Positions 29,773-40,344 of a DNA stretch of 64,000 nucleotides are shown here, piece by piece. The stretch's first letter is position 1. The number at the start of each line of letters is the position of its first letter. The translations under genes were made by a program, and so were the position numbers. The notes beneath the pieces are model-generated. The model was given only the letters and a program-made list of their open reading frames with translations, was not told the DNA's origin and ran no database searches. Source of the stretch: a virus (lineage: Duplodnaviria; Caudoviricetes); IMG/VR virus record IMGVR_UViG_3300031555_003048, positions 2,314 through 66,313 of that record; one strand, 5' to 3'.

Positions 29773-30459
29773 GTGGTGATAATTTTGGCATTAAATTTTA
29801 AAGAAACAGAACAAGAATTATTAACACTTATAGAAAATAATCCAAAGGATGAAAAAATATATACTCTTATACGAGATATTGCATTTAATTATTTATTTAA
29901 TGTTATGCGTCCAGGTAGTAGTTATTATGATTATGACATAATAGCATCAGATTTAGCCGCAGATTTATTTTTAAGAATAATAAAGGGAGCTAAAATAGAA
30001 CATTTTACAAACTATATATCTCATATATTAAAAGCATATTATTTAAAATTGTATGAAGATATTAATTGGAGTGTTGTTATAGATACAACTTTAAATAACG
30101 ACTTAGAACAATCAATAAAAACAAGTTGTATGAGTAGTCGAAATGATGATCACGATAAAATAGAAAATATATTAACAGGAATTTATTTTAGTCAATTTGA
30201 AAGTATAATTACGGACGTTATGAAATCAACCAAATTTAAATATAACACAAAAGAAAGATTAAATTTAGAGATTTCCATTTTATTAACTCTAAATAAAGGT
30301 AAAGAAGTATATTTTAGAATTGGTGACGAACTTAAACCCTATATAAAATTTATAATTACACAAATAAAACAAAAAATGACAATAGATGGAATTTGTGGTA
30401 GAGAAACATATAGTGTATATAATTTAAATAATGATGGCAGTTATTTGGATGATTTGTAA
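29773..30459 (+). CDS. Hypothetical protein
   Basis: 228-aa ORF after a promoter-like region. Confidence 0.65.
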   Translation: MVIILALNFKETEQELLTLIENNPKDEKIYTLIRDIAFNYLFNVMRPGSSYYDYDIIASDLAADLFLRIIKGAKIEHFTNYISHILKAYYLKLYEDINWSVVIDTTLNNDLEQSIKTSCMSSRNDDHDKIENILTGIYFSQFESIITDVMKSTKFKYNTKERLNLEISILLTLNKGKEVYFRIGDELKPYIKFIITQIKQKMTIDGICGRETYSVYNLNNDGSYLDDL

Positions 30460-30485
30460 TTATTTTATGTGGAGGTAATTAATTA

Positions 30486-30866
30486 GTGACTCATTTAGAT
30501 AATTTAGATAGTTTATCTCAACCCGAAATATATTCCTTAATCTGTGAATGTTTGTATGCTCTAAAAAATAACCCTAAATATTCAATTATAAGTGAATTAG
30601 CTTTTTTACTCGAAAAAGATTCTTTCATTAAATTTATAAAATATTTTGGTGGAATGACTATCACTGTTCCTACTATAGATGAATTTAAAGAAACAATTAG
30701 TTTATTGCTGTTGTATCAAGCAACAGAAATTGATAAGTTACCTTGGAGACAGGCTTTAGAGTTTGCTGGCTATGACCAATCTTTGAGTCGTTCTGCCCAA
30801 CGTAAACTTTCTATATTAAAAAAGTCTATAAAAGAATATAAAGAAGGTGCTCGTCATTATGAATAA
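30486..30866 (+). CDS. Hypothetical protein
   Basis: GTG start with GGAGG RBS. Confidence 0.65.
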   Translation: MTHLDNLDSLSQPEIYSLICECLYALKNNPKYSIISELAFLLEKDSFIKFIKYFGGMTITVPTIDEFKETISLLLLYQATEIDKLPWRQALEFAGYDQSLSRSAQRKLSILKKSIKEYKEGARHYE

Positions 30867-31230
30867 TACTGATAAATTTTCATCCACTTGTTTATATTTA
30901 TATGGTTCTTTTTGTAATTGTGAAAATGTAGATAGAAATACATTTTTTAATTATTGTGTAGATAGTAGACTTAATAAATTAATTTCAGATAATTCTAACC
31001 AATTAGATTATGTTTTAGATAGTGTAGAAAAGTTTATTGATAGTATTATTACTGATAAACCTTTATATGAAAGATGTAGCAATTACAAAGAAAAAAATAA
31101 AAATATTGTAAAATATAATATATCTTGGATAGGTAAATTGATTAAAAAGTACAATAAATCTTGCATTAGTTCATCTAAATTATTACATAAATTAATGATG
31201 GATTTACGAGGAGGTGAAGGTGTTGCGTAA
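30847..31230 (+). CDS. Hypothetical protein
   Basis: Overlapping, operon-like packing. Confidence 0.55.
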   Translation: MLVIMNNTDKFSSTCLYLYGSFCNCENVDRNTFFNYCVDSRLNKLISDNSNQLDYVLDSVEKFIDSIITDKPLYERCSNYKEKNKNIVKYNISWIGKLIKKYNKSCISSSKLLHKLMMDLRGGEGVA

Positions 31231-31636
31231 GTTAGGAACTATTTTATCTCCAGAATGTAAATCTTATGCTAAGGATATACAAGATATTACGGGAGTAGAC
31301 GAATATATTAATTTACAGTATTTAAGATTAATTGAAAATTTAGTTTGTCAAAGAATCTGTGAAAAAGTTTTAGATAATAAAAAAGAAGAATTATTTTTTG
31401 AACCTATTACTGTTGAAATACCCTTAATGGGTAATTTAATAATAATTCCAGTAAAAAACACAAATAGTAAAGGTGGCAATATGTCATTTAATTTCAGTTT
31501 TGAACCACTTGTTACCTTTAGAAAACATATTCAGAAAATTTATAATACTAATGATTGTGAATTAATTTCTTTATTATCTGAAAATTATTCAAAACAATTA
31601 ACTGAAACTTATGATAATGTATTAGGAGAATTATAA
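31214..31636 (+). CDS. Hypothetical protein
   Basis: GGAGG RBS, operon packing. Confidence 0.6.
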   Translation: MKVLRKLGTILSPECKSYAKDIQDITGVDEYINLQYLRLIENLVCQRICEKVLDNKKEELFFEPITVEIPLMGNLIIIPVKNTNSKGGNMSFNFSFEPLVTFRKHIQKIYNTNDCELISLLSENYSKQLTETYDNVLGEL

Positions 31637-32232
31637 TGACAAAAAACAAAATTTCCACTAATTTATCTGCGTCTTATTCTCCATTAAATGAAATGAAATT
31701 GCTTGCACAAGGTAAAATACATGAACCGTTTTTATCTGATTTAAATGGAAAAAATGTAGATAATCAAGCTAAATTATTTTTAGCTGCACAAGCAAGAAAT
31801 GAATTACAGAGAATAATTAGATTAGCTGAATTTTTGGATAATATAGAAGCTAAATTTATGACAGCTGTAAATAAAAAGTTAGTTGAACAGCCGGATAATA
31901 TTAACTTAATTATGACCGCTATGGATATGACAACTCAATCTTTAAAACGTTCACAAGAATTAATTTATAATGTACTTAAAGATGATAGTTTACAAACCTT
32001 AGTTGTCAATACGGTTAATTTAATTCCAGGTGCGGAACAATCTTCAATCATGTCCAGAAAATCGAGAGATGCTATTAGAAGCGTGGCTACTAAATTAATT
32101 TCAGATTTACAATCTGAAAACATCGTAGAGCAAGCTGTTATAGATATAGATTCTGACATGGAAGAAACAAATAATGAAATGACAGAAAAAGAACTTATTG
32201 ATTCTAAATTAAACGAATTGTTAGGTGAATAA
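31636..32232 (+). CDS. Hypothetical coiled-coil protein
   Basis: TAATG stop/start coupling; helical, acidic tail. Confidence 0.65.
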   Translation: MTKNKISTNLSASYSPLNEMKLLAQGKIHEPFLSDLNGKNVDNQAKLFLAAQARNELQRIIRLAEFLDNIEAKFMTAVNKKLVEQPDNINLIMTAMDMTTQSLKRSQELIYNVLKDDSLQTLVVNTVNLIPGAEQSSIMSRKSRDAIRSVATKLISDLQSENIVEQAVIDIDSDMEETNNEMTEKELIDSKLNELLGE

Positions 32233-32235
32233 TTT

Positions 32236-32619
32236 ATGAATTATGTATTTTTAACAATAGATACAAATGAAGATATAATTCCTATTTCAATAACTTTTAA
32301 TAATAGTGGAGAATTTGATGTATTAACTGGATATACATTGTCAAATACTGAACATAGAAACTTTAATAAAGATCAGTATAAATGTTTAGATGTTGGAATA
32401 GAAGTTCCTGGTGTAGGTATATTGAGAGATGGAGATAAGATTAAATTAAATTTATTTGATAAAACATTTTATACACTTCATTATGGTTGGTACACAACCA
32501 ATGACGGATTAGATTTATTTGGTTGGTATTTAGTTAATAATGAACGAGTACAATCATTTTTTAAACGTTATATAGATACTGTAGAAATAATGCAATTTTG
32601 TGGAAAATGTAATAACTAA
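32236..32619 (+). CDS. Hypothetical protein
   Basis: 127-aa ORF in operon. Confidence 0.6.
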   Translation: MNYVFLTIDTNEDIIPISITFNNSGEFDVLTGYTLSNTEHRNFNKDQYKCLDVGIEVPGVGILRDGDKIKLNLFDKTFYTLHYGWYTTNDGLDLFGWYLVNNERVQSFFKRYIDTVEIMQFCGKCNN

Positions 32620-32802
32620 GTTCTTTAAAGTAGGACATATTTTTACGTTGATTTATACTGTTATTATTTAATTTAATTATTTATGTAACTTGTTTTTAGA
32701 TGGAGGTCAAAACAATTTTACTAAAGTAATCAATTATTAATTTTAAGTAAATCCAAATATGTCCTACTTTTTAGATATATTTTAAGATTGGAATGATTTA
32801 CA

Positions 32803-33357
32803 ATGGCTTCAAAGAAACCCGGTGTAGATGGTGATTTATATAAGGATAATGCTGTTTTATTTATAGATACTACTTCATTTAGTAATACTACAAAAAGTAT
32901 AATTAATAAGTATGAAGATAATTTTATGCTTGTTATGGTAGGAAACTGTGTATTTTCTATAACTTTTAATTATGGTTATTTATCTGATACAAATGCTGGA
33001 AGTGAACGTCTTTTAACTGAAAATAAAAATAATGCGGATAGCACTATTACTGAACTTATTACTGGATTTGATGTTGTAGCAAATGGTTATGTAATAACCA
33101 GACGTAGATATGGTAATCCTGGTGTTAAAAAATCTTCTGCCTATAATGATGCGAGAGCAATTTTAAAATATATATATGATGGAATAAAAGCAACTTTGGA
33201 TGCAGATACTTCTGATAAAGATTATAAACTTACTACACTCTGTTCTTATCCTAAGAGATATGAAACTAAGACAGTTTCTGAATTAAAATCAAAGGGTTAT
33301 CCTTATAATGGTAGTAATTATTTGAATAGAGATGGTGGAGTTAATCATTATGAATAA
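32803..33357 (+). CDS. Hypothetical protein
   Basis: 184-aa ORF. Confidence 0.65.
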   Translation: MASKKPGVDGDLYKDNAVLFIDTTSFSNTTKSIINKYEDNFMLVMVGNCVFSITFNYGYLSDTNAGSERLLTENKNNADSTITELITGFDVVANGYVITRRRYGNPGVKKSSAYNDARAILKYIYDGIKATLDADTSDKDYKLTTLCSYPKRYETKTVSELKSKGYPYNGSNYLNRDGGVNHYE

Positions 33358-33376
33358 GTTTAGGAGATGAGTATTT

Positions 33377-33937
33377 ATGACATCTTATATTGTGTCTGAT
33401 TTAAAACAATTAATTTATGTTCCACAAAATAATTTAGGCATTAAAATAGTATTAGAAGTTGTACGAAATATACGAAATTATAATGATACTACATTTAAAT
33501 TAATTAAACTTAAATTATATGGTTGTACTATTTGTTCTTTATTGTATGATATTGAATCAAACAATACAAATTACGATTTCCCCTATGTGTACAATATTGA
33601 AGAGATCATAAGTATTCTAAATAAAAATGGGTTTAATATTATCTACCAAAGTAAAATTGAATTGAATGAAACAGAATATCAAATTTTAAATAGTATTTAT
33701 TCTTTAGGTTATAATTATATACAGTGTGGTAGGTATAACCAAAATATAGAACCTCTTGTTATTTATATATCTAAAAATCCTACAAATTCTTATAGTGCAA
33801 ATCAGGAATTTGTTAGATTAGATGAAATTACTTCTGATTTTGATGTTAATGATTTTGTATGGTTAAGAGAAAAACCTTATGAAAGTTTTTCTATTCCATT
33901 ATTGTTAAATAGAGAATATCCGGAGCCTTTGACATAA
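33377..33937 (+). CDS. Hypothetical protein
   Basis: AGGAG RBS; 186 aa. Confidence 0.6.
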   Translation: MTSYIVSDLKQLIYVPQNNLGIKIVLEVVRNIRNYNDTTFKLIKLKLYGCTICSLLYDIESNNTNYDFPYVYNIEEIISILNKNGFNIIYQSKIELNETEYQILNSIYSLGYNYIQCGRYNQNIEPLVIYISKNPTNSYSANQEFVRLDEITSDFDVNDFVWLREKPYESFSIPLLLNREYPEPLT

Positions 33938-33944
33938 ATTTAGT

Positions 33945-34361
33945 TTGGAGGTATGTATAGTGGCTTTAGGAAATAACAAATTATTTCGTATAAAAGTTAA
34001 AGGTATTAATAGAGGAAATTTAGCCCGTAATTCTTCTCCCGGTGTTACATATATTGTGTCTTCGTCAATGGACAAGGCTTATAATGCTTTGTGTATTTTG
34101 TATGGCAGTGATCCTAATTATACAGATATTAAGGATTTTGAATTAGAAACTATTGAATTAGTTGCCGATGAATCTAATCCTAATACCTGTTTAACTGATA
34201 CATATAAACTAATTATGGCAGATAACTTTTTTGAAAGGTTTACTGTTAATAATAAATTAGATATACAGGCCGTTAAAGATTTTGTAGAAAATGAAAATGT
34301 CATTAATAATAATGATAAAGATGATGAAGATGATGATACTGAATTGGAGGAAAATGTATGA
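33945..34361 (+). CDS. Hypothetical protein with acidic tail
   Basis: 138-aa ORF. Confidence 0.55.
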   Translation: MEVCIVALGNNKLFRIKVKGINRGNLARNSSPGVTYIVSSSMDKAYNALCILYGSDPNYTDIKDFELETIELVADESNPNTCLTDTYKLIMADNFFERFTVNNKLDIQAVKDFVENENVINNNDKDDEDDDTELEENV

Positions 34362-35368
34362 TTTATATATATCATCATACAGATGATGATGGGTATGCTT
34401 CTGCTGCTACTGTTATTACTTATCTTATTCTGTCACATACTATTAATGATTGGAATAGTTCAGAACTCAAACTTATTCCTTATAATTATACAAAGTTAAA
34501 TACTTTTGTTCCTTATGATGAAAATGATTTTTCTTTAGGAGATAGTATTTATTTAGTGGATTTAAGTGTTTCTACAGGTACTATTGAAAAATTTATAAAT
34601 TTTATTGATTTATTATATAGACGAAATTGTAAATTTACTTGGATAGATCATCATATAAGTTCTTTAGATGATTCCTTTCAAGTATTATTGAATAAACATT
34701 TTGAACAATATCATTTTGAAAAATATATAGATTCTAATTATTGTGCGGCATATAATTGTTGTAGATATTTATTGAATTATAAATTAGGTATATCTGCTAT
34801 TCCTGAAATTATAAGAATCATTGATGATTATGATTGTTGGAAACTTAGATTAGAAGGTACAAAAGAATTTATAGTTGGATTTAGTTTACAAGATAAACAT
34901 AATCCTTTAAATTCAGATTGGTATAAATGGATAACACAGAGAGATGAAAGCATTCACATAGTAAAAGAATGTATTGAAAGAGGTAAAATTGTTAATCAAT
35001 GGTTAAATATTGATGATACTACTAAATTTAGTATTAGTGCCTTTGAAACTACTTTTTGTGGACTATTGTGTTGTGCCATTAATGTAAGACGTAACTCTGA
35101 TATTTTCAGAACAGATAAAGACTATGATATTTATTTAAGTTATATCTATAATGGAGATAATTATATTTATAGCATATATAGTAAAAAAGAAGATGTTTAT
35201 TGTAATAAAATTGCTGAATTATTTGGTGGTGGCGGACATAAAGGAGCCGCTGGATTTACAAGTAACAAATTAGTTGTAAATAAACATAAAAATTTATACT
35301 ATAGATATAAAGATTTTAAATTAACACATAAATATAGAAAGTTATTGAAAAGAAATGGTGATAACTAA
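34358..35368 (+). CDS. DHH/DHHA1 phosphoesterase (NrnB-like)
   Basis: HHTDDDG, VDLS, WIDHH, DDYD, GGGGHKGAAGF. Confidence 0.9.
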   Translation: MIYIYHHTDDDGYASAATVITYLILSHTINDWNSSELKLIPYNYTKLNTFVPYDENDFSLGDSIYLVDLSVSTGTIEKFINFIDLLYRRNCKFTWIDHHISSLDDSFQVLLNKHFEQYHFEKYIDSNYCAAYNCCRYLLNYKLGISAIPEIIRIIDDYDCWKLRLEGTKEFIVGFSLQDKHNPLNSDWYKWITQRDESIHIVKECIERGKIVNQWLNIDDTTKFSISAFETTFCGLLCCAINVRRNSDIFRTDKDYDIYLSYIYNGDNYIYSIYSKKEDVYCNKIAELFGGGGHKGAAGFTSNKLVVNKHKNLYYRYKDFKLTHKYRKLLKRNGDN

Positions 35369-35907
35369 TGTTAATCAAGCCAGAAAATAATAATTATTTG
35401 ATAAATATAGATAATATTTCAAGAATATTTAGAGATGGAAATAATGGTTTAGTTTGTGTAGTTCCGTCTGCTACAAGTAATACTGGATATGAACAATTTG
35501 TTTTGTTAAGTAGTGGAGCTGAACAATACCATTTAAAAAGTATTTCTGCTTTATATAAACAATATGTTATAACGGAAACAGGTGAACTTTTTATACCACC
35601 AAAAGTATATGAAATTTCTAATGATACAAATGCTATAACGGCAAGAAATGTGTCTATTAATTTTGTAAATGGTACTGGCAGACTTAGCGTTGATAATAAA
35701 GTATCCTATGGTTTTAATGTATATCACAATGGAAAACTTTTAGTTGAAGGTTTAGATTATATTACAATATTACCCTTATATAAAGGAACACACCAAACAT
35801 ATAGATTTATATTTTATTTCATTCAATCCAGATCTTATTACTATTATTCACTTACAATCAATGATGATTTAAAGTCTGTAGGTTCTGATGTTAGTGTCGA
35901 AGATTAA
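35368..35907 (+). CDS. Hypothetical protein
   Basis: TAATG-coupled, 179 aa. Confidence 0.55.
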   Translation: MLIKPENNNYLINIDNISRIFRDGNNGLVCVVPSATSNTGYEQFVLLSSGAEQYHLKSISALYKQYVITETGELFIPPKVYEISNDTNAITARNVSINFVNGTGRLSVDNKVSYGFNVYHNGKLLVEGLDYITILPLYKGTHQTYRFIFYFIQSRSYYYYSLTINDDLKSVGSDVSVED

Positions 35908-36020
35908 TTAAATATTTACATTATTTTAATTACTTAATAACAATATTACTTTACAAATATGTTATACTATATTTAAGTAAAAATACACTTAAATATTTAT
36001 ATTTGTGAGGTGATGATGAT

Positions 36021-36458
36021 TTGAAAAAATCCACATTGAAAGTAAGGAGTAAAGCCATAACTGTTTCTAAAGTTTTGGCAAATGATATTAGAGAAGGTAG
36101 AACTTTAATAATAAAACCTTTACTGTCTAAGACTGTAATAAATTCAGATGATTTATTTTATCTAAAAGAGCCCTTGGCGGAAAATAATACTTTTACTACC
36201 AAAGATACAGCTCTTACATTTATAAAAGTTTTATCAAATAAAGTGGTTAATATACAATCTTTAACTGATACAGACATTGAACATTTGAATATAGAACATA
36301 ATGATATTAAAACATATTATAATAATCAACTATTGGATATGGTTGGTGTTTGTGTAAAAAATAAAGATTCTATTAATAAACTAATTAAAACTTATTCCTA
36401 TGATAGTAATCCAACAATTGAATTAATTGAATTGGAAATAATTACACCTGATTGTTAA
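36021..36458 (+). CDS. Hypothetical protein
   Basis: GAGGTG RBS, 145 aa. Confidence 0.55.
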   Translation: MKKSTLKVRSKAITVSKVLANDIREGRTLIIKPLLSKTVINSDDLFYLKEPLAENNTFTTKDTALTFIKVLSNKVVNIQSLTDTDIEHLNIEHNDIKTYYNNQLLDMVGVCVKNKDSINKLIKTYSYDSNPTIELIELEIITPDC

Positions 36459-36616
36459 AATTATTTATTCATACAAACTTTATTATTATATAAATTTAAT
36501 AACTACTAATAATGTAAGTATGTGTTATTTAAAATTATTTTAATATACATATATTTACATTATTAATTTTTATATTTACATTTTGGTTATTAAATTATTA
36601 TATTATAAAAAAGGTT

Positions 36617-37117
36617 GTGTGTAGAATGAATTTTAATATAGATACAAATGTTATAATTGCTATAGCAGGAGGTATCTGTAGTATATCTGCTGCCTATGTG
36701 GTAGTTAAAAAATCTATAAAGGGTGTGACTGATAAAGTAAGAGAAAGTATAAAGAAAGAACTTAAAGATGATATTAAAAGAGATGTAGTTGATCCTATGT
36801 ATAAACAGGCATTGGAACAGTATAAAGAAGATTTTAAACTTATCACGAACCATTTAGATTCTTTAACAGAAAAATTAGAAGAACAATTGGATGAACAGAA
36901 AGAACTCAATGATGTCGCCCATGAATTTAGAATTTCTACTCTTAAAGGTCTTATAGTTCAATCACATAGTACATTCACACAATTAGGTAAAATTGAACCT
37001 ATGGTGTTAGCTACTCTTGAAGATATTTATAAAACATATAAGGATATTGGAGGAAATCATTTCATTGATGATTTAATGGAGGAAATTCGTGATTTATCTA
37101 AAGAATCTAAAGATTAA
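36617..37117 (+). CDS. Membrane-anchored coiled-coil protein (holin-like?)
   Basis: N-terminal TM helix; C-terminal YKDIGGNHFIDDLMEEIRDL resembles a family common near Bacillota phage lysis genes. Confidence 0.45.
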   Translation: MCRMNFNIDTNVIIAIAGGICSISAAYVVVKKSIKGVTDKVRESIKKELKDDIKRDVVDPMYKQALEQYKEDFKLITNHLDSLTEKLEEQLDEQKELNDVAHEFRISTLKGLIVQSHSTFTQLGKIEPMVLATLEDIYKTYKDIGGNHFIDDLMEEIRDLSKESKD

Positions 37118-37145
37118 CATTTGCAATAGGATAATATAAAATGGA

Positions 37146-38042
37146 GTGGTTTTGATGGGTGAATTAATTACTACTGATGCTAATACTACGGTTAATAGTA
37201 ATATAGATTATGATTTTTTAGGTACAGAATACTATTATGCTAATTATAATCCTTCTGGTGGTTATAAAGCCTGTAAAACTGTTGTGTATCATTTGTTTTT
37301 AAATACGGATAGATATCATCAAAGTTTAACACCAGATATACCTCAAGTGGATATAAATGAACAATTGTTATTTATACATCTGTATAACGGGGATGAACAA
37401 TTTAACATTGTAAATGCTGATAGTATTAAAATTACTTTTGAATGTAATGGTAAAACAGTTGAGGGAGATCCAGAACGATTAGATTTATATAATCCATATA
37501 GAGGAACATTTACTTATATAATGAATAAAAATGAAACTCAATATGTTGGATTAAACACCATGACTATTACAGTAACTATAGGTTCTGAAACAGCTAATTT
37601 TGTTACTTGTTATAATGTGGTAGCTAATGTTACTATTGGTAATATAGATGGTACTACATATGAAGGAATGACATTACAAGATTTAATAGATTTAATAAAA
37701 AATCATATTGAAGATAAAACAATTCATTGTGATGATTATAAAAACTTAAACATATATAATGCGTTTATAACTGTTAATACATATGAAGATTTAAACACAA
37801 TAGATAAATCTTTGTTAATAGATGGAAAAATGTTTAGAGTTAATAATCCTACTGTTACTTACTATTATTATGATACACAATCTAACACGTTTAAACCTTT
37901 ATTGTTTGATAATGTTGTTTTTGATGATACATCTTTATTATCAAATTATTTAGCACAAACTAAATATTATTATGAACAAGCCCAAGATATCTTATCACAA
38001 GTACAACAGATTAAACAAGAAATGGAAGAGCTTAGAGGTTAG
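37146..38042 (+). CDS. Hypothetical protein, possible BppU/baseplate-like N-terminal domain
   Basis: Beta-rich N-terminal half (LFIHLYNG...ITFE...GTFTY...TITVTIG). Confidence 0.35.
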   Translation: MVLMGELITTDANTTVNSNIDYDFLGTEYYYANYNPSGGYKACKTVVYHLFLNTDRYHQSLTPDIPQVDINEQLLFIHLYNGDEQFNIVNADSIKITFECNGKTVEGDPERLDLYNPYRGTFTYIMNKNETQYVGLNTMTITVTIGSETANFVTCYNVVANVTIGNIDGTTYEGMTLQDLIDLIKNHIEDKTIHCDDYKNLNIYNAFITVNTYEDLNTIDKSLLIDGKMFRVNNPTVTYYYYDTQSNTFKPLLFDNVVFDDTSLLSNYLAQTKYYYEQAQDILSQVQQIKQEMEELRG

Positions 38043-38082
38043 TTATTTATTTTTATATGATATCATTTTGGAGGTAATTTTT

Positions 38083-38445
38083 ATGAAAGCTATTATAAGA
38101 GAACATCCTTTAAACTATTCAGATGAAGATATGTATGATATTGTAGAAGAAACTATGGAAGCTGCTTCCATCATGACTTCTTTATATGAAAAATGCTTTT
38201 ACTGTTATGCTTTAAAAAATGAATTTGGTTTCACTAATGAACAACTTCAACATTTAGAAGATGTTATGCAGAAATATTTAGTTGAAAATGTTGTTGATAA
38301 TATTTTGGATAATTATCCTATGGAAGATGCCAAAAAATATAAAGATGATATTTACTATAAGACATATAATTATTTAACAAATGAATATAACTTAAATTTA
38401 ACATCAATTTATGATGACGAGAATGAAGAAGAGAAAGAAGAATAA
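38083..38445 (+). CDS. Hypothetical acidic protein (N-terminus MKAIIRE)
   Basis: ATG 38083 after GGAGG. Confidence 0.6.
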   Translation: MKAIIREHPLNYSDEDMYDIVEETMEAASIMTSLYEKCFYCYALKNEFGFTNEQLQHLEDVMQKYLVENVVDNILDNYPMEDAKKYKDDIYYKTYNYLTNEYNLNLTSIYDDENEEEKEE

Positions 38446-38449
38446 TTGA

Positions 38450-38665
38450 ATGAGATTAAAACCTAAGTATGATTCAAATAATTCCACTATAATAATAAGC
38501 TGTTCAAATAATGAACAGCTTATTGTAACAGAAAAAATATTAAAAGCTTTTAGTTATAGTTATGAAAAATATAGTTTGGGTAATGATAAGTGCACATTTA
38601 CTCTTAAATCAAAGTCCAAAGATGATTATAAAATATTTTTAAACTTATGGAAGTCAAACATATGA
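38450..38665 (+). CDS. Hypothetical protein
   Basis: 71-aa ORF. Confidence 0.45.
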   Translation: MRLKPKYDSNNSTIIISCSNNEQLIVTEKILKAFSYSYEKYSLGNDKCTFTLKSKSKDDYKIFLNLWKSNI

Positions 38666-38746
38666 ATAGAATTTAATGACTTGTAAAGTTAATAATTTAT
38701 TTATACTTTATTTTTTATTTTATAACACATTCTGTATTATTTTGTG

Positions 38747-38768
38747 TTATAATATAATTACAGTAAAG
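38747..38768 (+). promoter_or_regulatory. Phage promoter motif TTATAATRTAATTACAGTAAAG, copy 1
   Basis: 22-nt motif also at 40931 and 49266, each at the head of a transcription unit. Confidence 0.65.
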
Positions 38769-38770
38769 AG

Positions 38771-39298
38771 ATGATATTGAAGGAAGTGATTATTATAAAA
38801 CTTCAAATAAATGAAAATGAATATCTTTTTGAAATGGCTAATATTCGTGGTAAATCTGTTAAAGTTCCACATAAACTTCCATTTTCATTTTATTTTTCTT
38901 CAAAAGATTGCGTAGAAGGTAAATCATTGTTTCACGGAATTAGAGTTAAACCTGTTTTAAATCCTGAAAAGATGTCTATATCTATGGCAGGTACTTTAAA
39001 ACTTTGTGATGATTGGGAATTTATACCACCAGAAGGAGAAAAGGTAGATTCTAAACTTAAAAAGCAGATAATTGAATTTTTTAGAACATATAAAACATTA
39101 TTTGCTGCTGTTTGGGAAAAGGTTTTATCTCCTGATGCCCTGTATGATTATTTTAGAGGAACAATTGACTTTCGTGAATTAAAGGAAGAATTTGATTTTT
39201 ATGATATGTTTAGTAAAGAATTAGATAATATTTATGATTTAGACAGTTTAACTGATTTTATAAGAACAAATAATTTATTCAATTTATGGGAATCTTAA
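38771..39298 (+). CDS. Hypothetical protein with KLQINE near its N-terminus
   Basis: 175-aa ORF after promoter; shares the motif with the 53-62 kb array. Confidence 0.65.
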   Translation: MILKEVIIIKLQINENEYLFEMANIRGKSVKVPHKLPFSFYFSSKDCVEGKSLFHGIRVKPVLNPEKMSISMAGTLKLCDDWEFIPPEGEKVDSKLKKQIIEFFRTYKTLFAAVWEKVLSPDALYDYFRGTIDFRELKEEFDFYDMFSKELDNIYDLDSLTDFIRTNNLFNLWES

Positions 39299-39443
39299 TA
39301 TTTGTTGTTGTATTAAACTCAAATATAAATTATTTAATTTATAAGGCTGTAGTGATTAAAAGCCTATTATAAATAAGTTCACAAAGTACAACTTGTTTTG
39401 CATAAATCTATGTACAAGATTTTAAACAAGGTGAACAGATATT

Positions 39444-39518
39444 AGGTAAATGGTGTAGTGGTAGCATAGACTCATTTGTAGAGTAAGGGATATCGTTCGA
39501 TTCGATATTTTACCGACC
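39444..39518 (+). tRNA. Atypical tRNA-Gln(TTG)-like
   Basis: Cloverleaf with T arm tatcg-ttcgatt-cgata and CCA; loop at-ttg-ta (A32, U37); mismatches at 1:72 and 27:43. Confidence 0.6.
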
Positions 39519-39675
39519 ACGAAGAAAATATCTTAAAATTATTTATAGTAGAAAAATTAATGTAAATTAAATTAAATGTTAGTCGCAGAGATTGAATTGA
39601 CTGTAGGTGAGTAATGGCCATACAAATCCTACCATTAATTCCACAAGATGAAAAGTTTGTGGCAGCCTTATGTAT

Positions 39676-39750
39676 GCGCTTGTAGCTTAGTGGTAAAGCA
39701 CTTGACTTTTAATCAAGGGAGCGTGGGTTCGAGCCCCACCAAGCGCACCA
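39676..39750 (+). tRNA. tRNA-Lys(TTT)
   Basis: gcgcttg/caagcgc acceptor, cttga-ct ttt aa-tcaag, GTTCGA, CCA. Confidence 0.95.
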
Positions 39751-40044
39751 CTATATCTATATAGACAGATTATATAGATAGTTGTTAGTCATATACAATA
39801 TTCCTTTTTATAAAGGTATATTGATATATATAGCATAACAAAACCTCATATTTCTCTGCTGGGTAATGCTGAGTTTTTGTTTTCTCCGTCGAATAGCTGC
39901 GGCTCCTACATATTAAGCTATTCTGACAAGTCAAGACGGTGGAGTGAATTACCTAAATGAGTTCTGTTTTCATAATGTTGTCCGACTCATTTAGCTGTGG
40001 TAGAATATTCACAATGAATGAACAGGGTGGGGTTCATTCAAAAT

Positions 40045-40121
40045 GGAACCTTCGTCTAGTTGGCTAAGGCATTCGGCTCATAACCGAAATATCTTGGGTT
40101 CGAGTCCCAAAGGTTCCACCA
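40045..40121 (+). tRNA. tRNA-Met/Ile2(CAT)
   Basis: ggaacct/aggttcc acceptor, ttcgg-ct cat aa-ccgaa, CCA. Confidence 0.93.
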
Positions 40122-40161
40122 TTTTTATTTTTAAAATATAGGAAAGGTTATATATTAATTT

Positions 40162-40344
40162 ATGAAGATTGAAATAACAGTTAATAAAAGTAATGATAAA
40201 GAAGGTTATTTTACAGCATCTGCTACTACTTCCCTTAAAAGAAAAGAAAAATTTGGAATAAATTGTACTCCAGAAGATATAGGAAAACAAGTAGCAGAAT
40301 TAATTGAAAAATTAGATAATAGTGGTTTGATTGGAAAAAAGTAA
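40162..40344 (+). CDS. Small hypothetical protein
   Basis: GAAAGG RBS, 60 aa, lies between RNA genes. Confidence 0.5.
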   Translation: MKIEITVNKSNDKEGYFTASATTSLKRKEKFGINCTPEDIGKQVAELIEKLDNSGLIGKK

